Part shown: positions 35,099 to 49,204 of the stretch, piece after piece
Numbering within the stretch: the first letter of the stretch is position 1
Layout of the letters: each line of letters starts with the position of its first letter
Assembly: GCF_006345805.1 (NCBI RefSeq)
Contig: NW_021833590.1
Span: 1-57,811, forward strand
Source: Octopus sinensis
Taxonomy: Eukaryota
DNA: 57,811 bases
Reading direction: 5' to 3'
Notes under the pieces: generated by a model
Told to the model about the DNA's origin: nothing
Databases searched by the model: none
Seen by the model: only the letters and a program-made list of their open reading frames with translations
Translations under genes and position numbers: made by a program

Positions 35099-35669
35099 AA
35101 TAATAATAATAATAATAATAATAGTTTTTATTATTATTATTATACCTGTATTTGTTTTTAAATTATGATTGAAAAATTAACCTTGTTTCTAATTAATCTT
35201 CGACCTGGGTTTGCACCCACTAAGCATATATATTTTCCATACTTATGAAGGATCATGGGAAATGCTTTAAAAGATGAAAAAATATATAATGTAAAGCAAA
35301 ATCCATTCTACGGTTGAACTGTAGAATTTTCTATTTATGACGAACAAAGCAGATCTGTCAGATTACTTTCAATGCTTATTTAACGCTGAGTTAGATACCT
35401 GTGACTCATATATCGAACACGTAAATCAAGCAAGGGCAACCTTTTTCAAGAAGAAGGCTGCATAAGACATGACTCATCACCAAGAAGGACTCACTGTTAA
35501 AAAAAAAACAACAAAAAATGCAATTTTTTGTTAAACCTGCCATTCAGTGAGTCCTGCAGACTTCGAGATGTTAGTAGTAACGGTATACAACATGCTGGGA
35601 CATCGGATGATGCCCCAGCATGACCACAGCCTTGAAACACACAAGAGAATACATAATGCAAAGTTATAT

Positions 35670-35836
35670 TGATTTTAAATTTTGTCACAAAGCCAGAAAT
35701 TTCGAGCGAGAGGCCAAATCGATTACATCGACTCCAGCGCTCAACTCGGAGGAATTTGAAATCAGAACATGAAGACCAGAAAAATCCGCTTCGCATTTTG
35801 CACGGTGTGCCAATGATTCTGTCAGCTGGCCGCCTT
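35670..35836 (-). mobile_element. SINE family B with internal deletion
   Basis: atcgattacatcgactccagcgctcaact|cggaggaatttgaaatcagaac. Confidence 0.65.
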
Positions 35837-36313
35837 AATGCAAAGTTTTATTGCGAACTTTGTAGGCGCTGACGCATGAACAACAACGAAGTTTAAAGAA
35901 AGTTTCCAAAAGTAAGTTTTAATACGATTGGATTTAGATGCAAATACGAGAGTTTATCACCTTCCTTACGGAACCATCGATTGATTAGCAGTTTTCGATT
36001 CCTATGGTAAAATCCGAATTTTATTCCAGTCACGGAGTGAATGTTAACATTTGCGTTATCTCTGTATATTTTCTTAATGCTATCACACACAATGTAAAAA
36101 TACTTTAAAATTTTCTGATCACATTCACAGATATTTCCAGTTACATAGGCAAAGTTCTCACCGGCGTCTTTGTTATTGGTGCAATTGTGAAACTGCTCCT
36201 CCTTCACTGACACAATCAAGGAGTCACAACAGCAAATGAATATGAAAGATATTCTAAAAGAAACTTTTAAAAACAGGTAAGAGGCCCTGACTACAATACA
36301 AAAGCACTCTAAA

Positions 36314-36357
<44 letters not shown>

Positions 36358-36674
36358 ATATGTGTATGCACACAAATGTATAAAGGTGACCATAAAGTTT
36401 GGATATATAGGCGAAAATAAGAAAAGCAGAAGAAACAGATGATAATATAAGTGATATTCCATGTATTCAAATTTTGTAGGTCATCCTGTATATTTACGTA
36501 TATCTAAAAAAAGCAAAAAAAGCACATGCATTTACATATAAAGGTATGTAAGTATGTACTCATGTATCTTTTATAGATCTGTCCTTGTATATATTAAGGA
36601 ACACGCTTATATGTTTGTGCGTAGGTGTGTACATGTACATGCAGGGTAGATGCATTTGTACGTACGTTTATATA

Positions 36675-36790
<116 letters not shown>

Positions 36791-36869
36791 TGTATGTATG
36801 TATGTATGTATGTATGTGTGTGTGTGGTGTGTGTGTGTACTAGCATATGTGGGTGTATGTACGTACATA

Positions 36870-37415
36870 CGAGGTCTGATCAATAAGTATCCGGACTGTT
36901 GCCATAGTAACGAACGTAAAGCGCACAGAGTAAAGCGGCTTGGCACAGATGACCTTAAACATTGTTGTGCAGGCGCACTACGTTTTACGGTTCTAGCTCA
37001 CTTCCGCTTTTAACAGCAATGCTTGGAAGGAAGGTGTGTAGCGCGTGATGGTTGCATTGACCATGACAGAGAAAGTTATCATGGCAATACATGCTCAGAG
37101 GCCAACGCAAAGTTGCAAAAAGTGTATAGAGAGGAGTGTGTGAGCTGCACACAAGTTTACGAGTGGTTTAAACGTTTCCAAGATGGCCGAAAAATGTCGA
37201 TATGATGAATGTTCTGGAAGACCGGCAACCATCAGAAATGGGGAAAACATTGCAGATATGCGTGCAAACGCGAGAGGAAATCGTGGAATCACCATCGGTG
37301 AGTTATCTGAGGATGTGAAGATTAGTTACGGTTCCGTTCATTATTACTGAAGATTTTGGTATGAGACGCTTCTCTGCCAAATTTGAGCCAAAACTGCTTT
37401 CAGCTGACTGAAAAA
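36870..37415 (+). mobile_element. Mariner remnant: left TIR plus transposase N-terminal HTH
   Basis: TA-CGAGGTCTGATCAATAAGTATCCGGAC end; ..QVYEWFKRFQDGR..SGRP..ITIGELSEDVKISYGSV..GMRRFSAKFEPKLL. Confidence 0.85.
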
Positions 37416-37479
37416 AATAACAAAAAACACTCGGGTTTAAGTTGTACCAAATCTACTTGATTTTGTCGGGAACGACTTT

Positions 37480-37935
37480 CTTTCTTTTAATCTCTTATAT
37501 GTTTCAGTCATTTGACTCCGACGATGCTGGAGCACCGCTTTTAGTCGAGCAAATCGACCCCAGGACTTATTCTTTGTAAGCCTAGTACTTATCCTATCGG
37601 TCTCTCTTGCCGAACCGTTCACGTAAACACACCAGCATCGATTTTCAAGCGATGTTGGGCGAACAAACACAGACACAGACACACACACACACACACACCA
37701 CACACACACACACACACATACACACATACACACTCACACACACGCACATACACACACAAATATATATATATATATGTACGACTGGCTTCAGTTTCAGTCT
37801 ACCAAATCAACTCATAAGGCTTTGGTCGGCCCGAGGCTATAGTAGAAGATACATGCCCAAGGTGCCACGCAGTGGGACAGAACCCGGAACCATGTGGTTG
37901 GTAGGCAAGCTACTTACCACAGAGTCACACCTGCG
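37480..37935 (-). mobile_element. SINE family A
   Basis: Reverse complement of family A with expanded internal (CA)n. Confidence 0.88.
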
Positions 37936-38145
37936 ATGAAAACGTTTTGAAAAACTTGCGTCGGCCTCTTTGCAGGTATCGTCGAGCCTTTGGCAAAATT
38001 TAATGCAGATTTTAAGCTCAACATTCACCGTTATGGCCAATGCGTGGATCACGCGTTTGGCACGTTACTGCGCATGCACAGCAAAGTTCAAAGTCAATCT
38101 GTACCAAGCGGCTTCACTCTACATGCTTTAGCTTCGTTACTATAA
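37936..38145 (-). mobile_element. Mariner remnant (same family as 36870-37415)
   Basis: ELKICIKFCQRLDDTCKEA; atagtaacgaagctaaagc..gccgcttggtacag matches 36905-36950. Confidence 0.75.
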
Positions 38146-38749
38146 CGTGTGCTCGCGACGTGCACGTGTGTAGCCAGGTGTGTGAAGGGGGTGTGCGTGT
38201 AAATATAGATATATGCGTATGTGTACACGAGCAGGGTGGCCCCAATGTGTATATGGACGAGCGTATGTCCGTGTGTACCGGAGTGAATGTGTGTGCCTAT
38301 TGACAGGATGGCCGATGTCTGTCGATATGTATGTATGTATGTGTATATGTGTGTGTACGGGTTGGTGGGTGCATGTGTGCGTGAATGTATACAAGCGTGT
38401 GAGTATACGTTTACATATGTATGTGTGTGAGTGTCAGTTTCTGTGTAAGAGCAAGTGTAGGCAGTCACAAAGCCTGAAGACTGGAATCTGAACATGGTGT
38501 TGTGTTTGACTGCCCCTAGCCAGCCATCAAACGCTCACGCACGCTAAAGCCGCTCAATCTAATGCCACTCCATTTACACTAGATTCTTTGTCATTTTTGT
38601 CTTTTATTTTCTAGCAACGACTTCTCAACAACTATAAACACCCTCACCCCTATTCATATTAAATGCTTTATGAAATAAATCCAGCAATTCAGTTTGGCTA
38701 AGTGGATTATTGTGCCAAATTTTAAAACTTTCAGTAAACTTTAATTTTT

Positions 38750-39570
38750 GAAATGCTGTGGCAGCCAAACCGAAAAGATCCCATGAATTTTGCAATATTA
38801 TTTCATTCAGTTAGTTTTACACGTTTACACTTTTCTCGCCTTCAAAGTATTAACCATTTCAAGGGATGCATGTGTCCAGATGCATTTTCCACTATTCGAT
38901 GCATTTTCCACTATTCGATGCATTTTCTTCTCTTCAATATTTCCACATCTTCAAAACGTTTTCCTTTGAGCCAAGGCGCAAGATCAACTTCAAACTGTTC
39001 TTTTAGTTCACAATACGCATTCAGTCGTGACTTCTTTTTATCTTCCATGAGCAAATAAATTCGTTCGGAATTCCTCGCTGAAAATTTGTTGGCAGGAGCT
39101 CCAGGATACACCGATCATATCATCAAGTTCATCAATTGTTCGGCGACGGTCCTCCAAGATCACTCCATGAATTTTCGTGGAGGTTTTCATTTAATAGGGT
39201 GGAGGGAGCAACAGTCGATCTGAACGAGGCTGGTTTTCAAGTCACAAGTGATCATTCCTCATGGTCTTGTGTTTTCCTCATGGCAGCGTTCTTGTAAGCA
39301 ATTTTAAGTATGATAGCTGTTTTGGCCGCCGTTTTCTCCAGCAAAAAACAGAATTTCACGGAAGCACGCTGTTTCTTCGTTAAAGCCATCGCAAAAATCG
39401 ACGAACAGGGGAGAAGCACTGCAAAACCAAGACGCACAGCAGTGAACGACGCCGGGCGGCAGGCTGATGCCCAAGGGTTTCATCAAGGGGCTTCTTGCAG
39501 CGGAAGCCTGAACTACAACGGGCATGTTCCACAGAGAATGTTTCTTTTTATATTTGGGTACCTCTTCGTG
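38750..39570 (-). mobile_element. Internally deleted mariner element, second family
   Basis: MALTKKQRASVKFCFLLEKTAAKT..AYKNAAMRKTQ, ..ILEDRRRTIDEL.., C-terminal LKGKRFEDVE; TIR-like tttgggtacctc near 39553-39568. Confidence 0.8.
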
Positions 39571-39784
39571 TATGTGTGTGTGTGTGTGTATCTATATAGT
39601 AAGTACGCTTATATATATACTCACATGTTTATGTATGGGCGTGTATGTATGTGTATATATGTTATGTATGTATTTCATTATTCAGTTTTATTTCAAGATT
39701 TTTTGCCAGTGGAGAAAGAACCGGTTTCCAATCTAGATCTAAGGCTCCTTCATTGGAATTTGAACATGGACTGGGTATTTTTAT

Positions 39785-39803
39785 ATGTATGTATGTATGT
39801 ATG

Positions 39804-39835
<32 letters not shown>

Positions 39836-40656
39836 TGTATGTATGTATGTATGTATGTGTGTATGTATGCATGTATGTATATATGTATGCATGTATGTAT
39901 GTATGTATGTATGTATGCATGCATGCATATATGTATGAATGTATGTATATATGTATGCATGTATATATGTATGCATATATGTATGTATATATATGTATGC
40001 ATGCATGTATGTATGTATATATGTATCCATGCATGTATGTATGTATGTATATATATATGTATGTATGTATATATGTATGTATGTATATATGTATGCATGT
40101 ATGTATTATGTATGTATGTATGTGTGTATGTATGTATGTATATATGTATGCATGTATGTATGTATGTATGTATATATGCATACATGTATGTATTATGTAT
40201 GTGTGTATGTATGTATGTATGTATGTATGCATATATGTATGTATATATGTATGCATGCATGCATGTATGTATGTATGTATGTATGTATGTATGTATGTAT
40301 GTATGTACGTATATATGTATGTATGTATATATGTATGCATGCATGTATGTATGTATGTATATATGTATATATGTATATATGTATATATATATATATGTAT
40401 ATATGCATGCATGTATGTATTATGTATGTATGTATGTATGTGTGCATGTATGTATGCATGTATGCATATATGTATGTATGTATGTATATATGTATGTATG
40501 TATGTATGTATATATGTATGCATGTATGTATGTATGTATATATGTATGTATGTATATATGTATGCATGTATGTATGTATGTATGTATATATGTATGCATG
40601 TATATATGTATGCATGCAAGTATGTATGTATGTATGTATGTATATATGTATGTATG

Positions 40657-40690
<34 letters not shown>

Positions 40691-40692
40691 TA
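39785..40692. repeat. ~900-bp compound (TATG)n microsatellite
   Basis: TATG with TGCA/TATA interruptions. Confidence 0.97.
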
Positions 40693-41159
40693 GAATCTTT
40701 GAATATTGCTGAAACATAAAAGTACGGTAGAATTTCTTATAACTGAGCAACTTGAATAAATGGAAGGAGTAAATTCTACTGAGTTTGCTTTCGTTAGTTT
40801 ATAACAGAAGTAAAGCCTCATTAGTAATAAAAGAAAAAAAGAAAACCTAAAGGAAGACCAAAAAACAAACAAAAATAATGGTTTGAAATTCTGGCACAGG
40901 TCCTGAACCATAGCAACAACAATGATAAGAATAAATCATGATATTTAACGAGATTCACATGATGTTGTGGGCCAACTTAACGTTGGAAGGATTGCAAAGT
41001 AAGAAAGGAAGAAGGAAAAGGAAATAACAGTGCGAAACTGCATTACACTTCGGATACTGATTGAGATATTTGGTATTGTGGCTGAGTTTGTAGGTTAAAT
41101 TGTTAATTAAATAGCGATAAATACATCAGAATAAAAACTAAGGTGCAAGAAATAATGAA

Positions 41160-41312
41160 GAAAGCAAGGGAAAGAAAGAAAAGAAGAAGAAGAAGAAGAT
41201 TAAGAAGAAGATTATGAAGAAGAAGAAGAAGAAGAAGAAGAAGAAGAAGAAAAAAGAAGAAAAAGAAAAGGAAGAAGAAGAAAAGGAAAAAGAAAAAGAA
41301 GAAGAAGAAGAA
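41160..41312. repeat. (GAA)n-rich tract
   Basis: Direct run. Confidence 0.9.
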
Positions 41313-41810
41313 CGATGGAAATATATGATGTAAGTTTCGCAAACATTGCTACAGGGTGCAACAGAATGAAGTCTTTCAATGAAAGAGAAGAGGCGGAGAA
41401 AAAAAAAACAGAAAGAAGCGTAACATTCGGAATGAGTTCAATACTACTACTACTACTACTACTACTAGCATCAACAACAACAACAATAACAACAATGGTT
41501 ATGAAAAGAAACCTAACAGATATAAGGTAGGCAAAACTGAATGAAGATGTGCAAATCGATAGAGAAAGATAAGTGGAGACGATATAACATTTAGGAAGCA
41601 GTCAGAGTGGCAGAGAGAGATTATAGCATAAATATATTTTGGGGAAAAACCAAAACAAAACCGATAAAACATAATAATACATGCATAAGTATGTATGTAT
41701 GTACACACACATACACACATATATATACACATATATATACACTATATATATGTATAAATACGTATAAAAATATGTATATATATGTATATATATATATACG
41801 TATGCTTGTA

Positions 41811-41860
<50 letters not shown>

Positions 41861-41884
41861 CCTATCTATCTATCTATCTATCTA

Positions 41885-41925
<41 letters not shown>

Positions 41926-42699
41926 ATATATATATATATATATATCCCTATATGCCATAACTGGAAACGATATGTAGAGCAGTTTGAATGGTAGTGAGAA
42001 AGTTGCTAGATAGCATGACACTGCGGGTGATAAAAAGGTGACAGAGGAATGATGGAGTCAGCAACAAGAAATATATTTCTGTTTTAAAGTGTTTGTCGGG
42101 GCTGGGGCAGGGGCAACGAAAAGCGGGAAGGAATATTTGCCATTGAAATAAAAGTTTGCACCTGTCTTTAAAGCAAGAGTGTAAAATTGAGATAAGAAAG
42201 TGAAAGTAGGGAAAGCTTAGATATAAATTAAAGGTGTGAAACAAAGGAAAGCGTAAATTCTTTAATGTTTTAATCATTACGCTCAATGTATAATGTCGTA
42301 ATGTAGTACAACTCAGCTGTCACGCACCAGCAAGTGTGACGTATAGATTCTCAACATGTATCAAACTATCACTATTGGTATATATGCACATACCTACCTA
42401 CCTGTTTCTTTATTACCCTCAAGGGGCTAAACATAGAGGGAACAGACAAACGGATTAAATCGATTACATCGACCCCAGTCTATCAAAATCTGAATGACCT
42501 TTTAAAGGAAAGAGTTAAAAGAAGATACTTTCCTTCATAACCTTGCTACCAAGTAGGTGACCTGTCATATGTAACACATTGCTCAAGCATCAATCTTAAG
42601 AAATTAGGCTTCTCAAAACCAGAAAGAAAGAAGCAAATTTGAGAAATACAGATTCAAGCCACCAATGGAATTGTGGGATATTGTAAGGCTTTCCAATAA

Positions 42700-42970
42700 A
42701 TTTCTTTTCCTCAACAGGCTTTTAAACATTGTCCCGAAAGAGATCAAATAGGAAAAGGATCCCATCACCCTTAAACGGAGTCTGGATAGATTTCTTCAAG
42801 AAATACCAGATAAGCCACCCATACCTGGATACAACTCACTCAACAAGAACTCACTACTTGAATGGAACATAAACAAAACTTGATTTAAACAGGATTTAGA
42901 TAATCCTAACAGGTGCTGCTATTAAGTTAGACATGGCCTGGACCAATCTTTGGTCGAAACATATCTAAGT
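42700..42970 (+). mobile_element. CR1-group LINE 3' fragment (same subfamily as copy 1)
   Basis: aacattgtcccgaaagagatcaaa..gataagccacccatacctggatacaactc..gaccaatctttggtcgaaac. Confidence 0.88.
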
Positions 42971-43075
42971 TTTATATGCGCATGTATAGACATGCAACTA
43001 TATGTAGGCAAGTGAATACATCCATAAAAAGAACATACAAATCTGCACATGCTATGGCTCCAAATACTGCACTTA

Positions 43076-44280
43076 ACATACAAACGTTGCTCAAATACCT
43101 CGTTGATGTTTAAGTTTCGATGAAGGAGCCTTGCATCTAAACCGACTCTTTCTCTATTGGCCTGAAATTGTGAAATAAAACTGAATATAAACATACATAC
43201 AGAAATACGTACGGACGTACGTACATACATTCACACGCAGAAACATTCGCTCTTACATATACACAAACGCATGGTGTATTTCTCCGATAGGCTCTGAATA
43301 AATGGCTGCTAGTGCTAATCTGTAATTGATTTACATTACATAATACGTATGTCTAAATCGTGGTATCCCCCTCGTCTGTGGATATGATGATTGATTAAGA
43401 CAGCAAAGCGTGTGGTTTTGAGTGGTTTCGCTATTCTTTCGAGCTCGTTTTGTGAGAGCTGCTATGTATGTATGTATGTTCGTATGTATTTCCATGTCCT
43501 TGAAGTTGGTCACAGAGTTGATAAAGAAGAGAGGAAGAAAGAGAGAGTGAGTGAGAGTATGTGTGTGTGAAAAAGAGTGAGAGGGGGAGGGAGGGATAAA
43601 GTGATGTGTGTTCGCGCGTGTGAGAGTGTGTTCTTAAAGAGAGAGACAACATAGAAAGAAAGATTCAGAGATAATAATGCATTATTATCTCTGAATCTTT
43701 CTTTCTATGTTGTCTCTCTCTTTAAGAACACACTCTCACACGCGCGAACACACATCACTTTATCCCTCCCTCCCCCTCTCACTCTTTTTCACACACACAT
43801 ACTCTCACTCACTCTCTCTTTCTTCCTCTCTTCTTTATCAACTCTGTGACCAACTTCAAGGACATGGAAATACATACGAACATACATACATACATAGCAG
43901 CTCTCACAAAACGAGCTCGAAAGAATAGCGAAACCACTCAAAACCACACGCTTTGCTGTCTTAATCAATCATCATATCCACAGACGAGGGGATACCACGA
44001 TTAGACATACGTATTATGTAATGTAAATCAATTACAGATTAGCACTAGCAGCCATTTATTCAGAGCCTATCGGAGAAATACACCATGCGTTGTGTATATG
44101 TAAGAGCGAATGTTTCTGCGTGTGAATGTATGTACGTACGTCCGTACGTATTTCTGTATGTATGTTTATATTCAGTTTTATTTCACAATTTCAGGCCAAT
44201 AGAGAAAGAGTCGGTTTAGATGCAAGGCTCCTTCATCGAAACTTAAACATCAACGAGGTATTTGAGCAACGTTTGTATGT
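43076..44280. repeat. Spacerless 1.2-kb palindrome (centre 43679/43680)
   Basis: Arms 604/601 bp; the only differences I found are three 1-bp homopolymer contractions. Confidence 0.93.
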
Positions 44281-44468
44281 GTTAGTTAATGGGAGTGTTG
44301 GGGGGGGGGAGCGAGATGGAGAGGAGGAGAAAGAGAGAGCGAGAGAGAGAAATAGGGAGAGAGAGAGGGTGCGAGAGAGAAGTATGATGAGAAAGATGGA
44401 TACTGATATACAGAGAATGTGAGACAGCGAAAGAAAAATGAGAAAGGTGAAGAGGGAGAGAGAGAGAG

Positions 44469-44517
<49 letters not shown>

Positions 44518-44674
44518 GAAAATGAGTGCTCGGTATGTATATAAAGGTAGATGGAGATATGCAGAGAATGTGAGAGTGTAAGTGAAAGAAAGACAAGCTT
44601 TGATGGGTAAAGGAATAGAAAGAGATGAAGTTGATAATGTACGCTTTTGAAAGACAGAGAAAGAGTAAGAGAAA

Positions 44675-44716
<42 letters not shown>

Positions 44717-44880
44717 TGAAGATGGCAACAGGAATGTAATTGTAATTGTAAAAGGAATAGAGATTAAAAATAGAATGACGCATATTTTATGTTTAAGTAA
44801 GGCAGAAAAATAGGAAGAGTTGGGGAGACAAAGAAAGACAACGGGGAGAGGGAGCAACACACACACAAACACACGAACGC

Positions 44881-44917
<37 letters not shown>

Positions 44918-45524
44918 TAGGGAGAGTATTATATACGTATGCGTGCGTTTATTATGTGCGTGTGCATATATATGTGTCTTTATAAGCATATATGTATACA
45001 TACATGTGTGTGTATATATTTATATTTATATACGTACGTACATACAAACACACACACACACGCACACACATATATATAGAAGAGAGATAGATATATAGAT
45101 AGATGCATAGATAGACATGCATACATACATACATACATACATACATACATACATGTATACATAAATACACACATACATACATACATACATACATACATAC
45201 ATAAATGCATACATATTCATAGTCGCACACGCACACGCACACGCACTCACTCGCACGCATGCGCACAGCGACGAATACACATGCGGAAAGAGAAAAACAT
45301 AGGGAGATGATTGATTTTTCTCTGAAAGTTGACATGCACTCAATGACACACTAAATACACAACAACGGTGACATACCGCCATTTTGTTTGTTTCGTGTTG
45401 CTTTGGTTTCCTGTCCTATTGTTCTTGCTGCTGTTGTTAATGATAATTGTTTTGCTTGTTTTAGTTGAAGTGATTTTTTGCTTCTTTGTCATCGTGCTGT
45501 GATGCATTTCTTTCTTCCTTTCCT

Positions 45525-45564
<40 letters not shown>

Positions 45565-45565
45565 T

Positions 45566-45604
<39 letters not shown>

Positions 45605-46809
45605 ATTACATCGTAGTTGAATAACAACTTCGTTGATGATTACAGGTTTCGAACTGTGCCAATCACCGGTGTAGTGCATTTCTAACGGAAGGAATTGGCA
45701 AGGGAGTACATGTAACTCAGAGCAGAGAGAATATCGCAAAGAATATTTTTGGTAAAGAACCGGTCTTCCATTTTTCTCACTGATGTTTATCTCATTTACC
45801 GATGTGTATCAGTGGCAAATAGAAATATTCATTCATTCCTTCATTCACTCATATATACATATTCTATTATTCTTTTATGCGTTTAAGCCCAAAGGTTGTG
45901 GCCATGCTGTGGGACTTTTCAATGGGCTTTCTTTTGTGATTGGCTTTCAATGGAAAAGGGAGTTGGATACGGTTGTTTTCTTATACATACAAAATACCCA
46001 AATGCATACCTACATACGGGCATGCATAGTTAATGAATCCCGAATAAACATGATTTCTTACGTACATTTATACATGCATACATTTGTACATGCATATGTT
46101 GATTCATATATGCATGCATACTAGCATACATACATACATACATACATACATAGATACATACATGCATACATACATACATACATACATACATACATACATA
46201 CATGCATATATTCATGCATAGATAGATACATTTATATATACTTAGATACATGCATACATGAATGCATGCATAATACATACATACAAACATGCATACATGA
46301 ATGCATGCATAATACATACATACAAACATACATACATAAATGCATGCATACATACATGGATGCATACTTGCATGATGGCTGCAACACCATTTCATGTTAT
46401 GCTGTCATTTTTTTTATTGTTCTCTTTAATTTGAGCATCATGGATGTGGCTTTTCAGTTTTGCTAGGAACTCATAGTCCTTTGCATAGATGTGGAAATGA
46501 GAGGTGCATATTGCAGTAGGTTTTCAGAGATTTACCACCCATGCAGTCTCATGTCTTCGTTCCACCATAGGTTTTTTCATTCAGCATTTCGATGTTTTGA
46601 TTATGGCCAGCCATAGTATGCAACATAATAGGGACGTTAAAAATCAAGAGGCGCCTGTATCTGAATCTATTTACAATGTGGAAAGGACTTACACAGCTCC
46701 AATCCCTAAATATCGATTGTATTCCTGTATTTATCCCTAAAAACAGAACCAGTCTACATCATTAGGTACAAAGTGGCAGATATTACATCAGAAATTTCCT
46801 TCTCATACA

Positions 46810-47315
46810 TGCTTACAAACATACATACATACATACATACATACATACATACATACATGCACACATACATACACACATACATACACACGCTAAATTTAAA
46901 AAAGAAATGGAACACACACACACGTATAGATTGATAGATATATAGATACATAGATAGATTGATAGATACATACATACATCCATGCATACATACATACATA
47001 CATAAATGCATACATACATACATAAATGCATACATATATACATACATGCATGCATACATACATACATGCATACATACATACATACATACATACATACATG
47101 CATGCATACATACAGACATACATACATAGATATATACATACATGCATAAATGCATACATACACACATAGATATATACATACATACATAAATGCATACATA
47201 CACACATAGATATATACATACATACATAAATGCATACATACATGCATGCATACATACATACATACATACATACATACATACATACATACATACATACATA
47301 CATACATACATACAT
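46810..47315. repeat. Compound (CATA)n microsatellite
   Basis: Direct run. Confidence 0.93.
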
Positions 47316-47714
47316 GGCTACCAAAAACCTTATCAGTAAAAGAAGATTTCTCTATATTTTCAACATGTGAAAAAAAAATTCCGTTTTTGCCATGACAACG
47401 TGAAAAATATCAGTCACATGATTATCAGATGTCCAAAAACGCCCATAAGGAGCATATCTCTTCTCTTGAGAGACAAGATCGTGTCGATAAAACCATTTAC
47501 GATGCTGTGCTGATAATAACACAAAAAGTGCACCGGAACATTTAAAGCTAAACAATATTGAGATATCGCAAAAGAAATAGCAGCTATGTGTAAATAGAAT
47601 CGGCCATATATTTTTCCATGGGACAGAGAGGAAAATCCCTGTATTGAAGGGATCAACAGCTCAATGGGTCCGAATGTTTTGTAAAAAATTGGTTTCAAAT
47701 GGTTCAAGGTCAAT

Positions 47715-47880
47715 AAGTTAGGGCAAGAGCGTTAATCAATCATATTGACCCCAGTGCTCAGCTGATACTTATTTTGTCGATTCCGATATGTTGAAAGGCA
47801 TAGTCGGAATTTGAACTCAGAACGTAAAGACGGAGGAAATGCTGCTAAGCATTTTGTCCGGTCTTCTAATGAGTCTGCTA
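47715..47880 (-). mobile_element. SINE family B
   Basis: gaccccagtgctcagctgatactt..ggaatttgaactcagaacgtaaagacgg. Confidence 0.75.
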
Positions 47881-47999
47881 GCATTTGTTTCGTCAAATAT
47901 TGTAAGAAAGAAAGATAATCTATGAAGAAGTGAGCCGCTTACAGGTCTTATAGCCGGGTTATAGATTTCCTTTTATACCTATTTTCATAGTCCGAGGTT

Positions 48000-48180
48000 A
48001 GCAACTTTGATGGGTGGAAACTAACCTCATACCACCGCCCTCAGTACTAGACTCACTTTATTTTATCGAACCCCTCAAAGGATGAAGAGTAAAGTTAACT
48101 TTAACAGAATTTGAACTGAGAGCATAAAGAGTCGCAAGAAGCACAGCAATCCATTTTCTCCGACGCTTCTGTTCAGCATC
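48000..48180 (-). mobile_element. SINE family B, degenerate
   Basis: atcgaacccctcaaaggatgaagagtaaagtt..gaatttgaactgagagc. Confidence 0.6.
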
Positions 48181-49204
48181 CACTTTTCCTGTGGATTTTA
48201 TCGATGTACTAGCTTAAGGTGACCCGCTCTACGCGCGGGTGAGGGTGTGGTGGTTACTTTCTGTTGCTTCCTTTCTGCTTTTTATCGCCACATTCTCCCT
48301 CTCTGTTTCTCTCTCCTTTCTCTCTCACTTCCCACTCTCTTACTCTTCCTTTCTTTCTCTCTCTCGCTTTCTCTCACTCTCTATCTTTCTCTATCTGTCT
48401 CTCTCCCATTTATAAAAAACAAAAGATCTTGAGTAAGTTGAGAAAGATCAATCATAAATATCAGGCAGTGACAACGGAAAGCACACTTGCCTTTTGTACG
48501 TGCCACTATTTGAGCGATTAAAAATAAGGAAAAAAGGGATTTCTTTGTTAAATGTAGTACTTATTTTGGGAATGTTTCGACGATTGATCATGCAAATGAA
48601 AGCTCTAAACACGGGCTACATGCATCTTTAAATTTCTTTCAGAACAAATGAAAACTGTAAACAATAAAAAGTTAAAGGCAAACATATGTAAAAATGAGAA
48701 AGTTTTTTCAACTTCAAAAATCTTGCCTTAATTTTCAAAATTTCGAACCCATTTTCCACGCTTAAATTTCAAATCCACTTCCACTTTACCATGTTGAAAA
48801 TTTGATTGAAATCGGGCAAAAGGTGTCCACCCCACCCCAGTGTCCCCCAAATCAATAAAATCCCTGTTTTCACAGCAAAGCTACCACTGTAGCGCCCCAA
48901 ACGTCTCCCAATCAATTTCTCACCTTAAGTTACCCCCTCCTATAAATTTTAATCTCCATCCAGCCCCATTTAGACCCCTTTTTACATAAAAATTCAATTT
49001 GTATCAACGTTCGCCTTCTTCATTTTATAGATTAGATATATTTCTTTGTTGTTGGCGGTGAGGGTGGTAGTGGTGTTGGAGGTAGTTTGCAATCTCAGGT
49101 CATCCGAATCCAACAGTGATATGATCATGTGAACTATCCAATTACTACTCTGACCACACAAGCCTTTTACCTCGAGTCAGTGCACTGGAAACCTTATCGT
49201 AGTT

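Noticed and set aside
39310-40719. 469-aa ORF and overlapping MYVC/HTYI ORFs
   Set aside because: Read-through of TATG microsatellite preceded by antisense mariner sequence; the same applies to the many YIYI, CVCV, HTHT and LSLS ORFs across the window
46400-46760. Minus-strand LWWNED suggesting a LINE linker
   Set aside because: A single short motif amid stops
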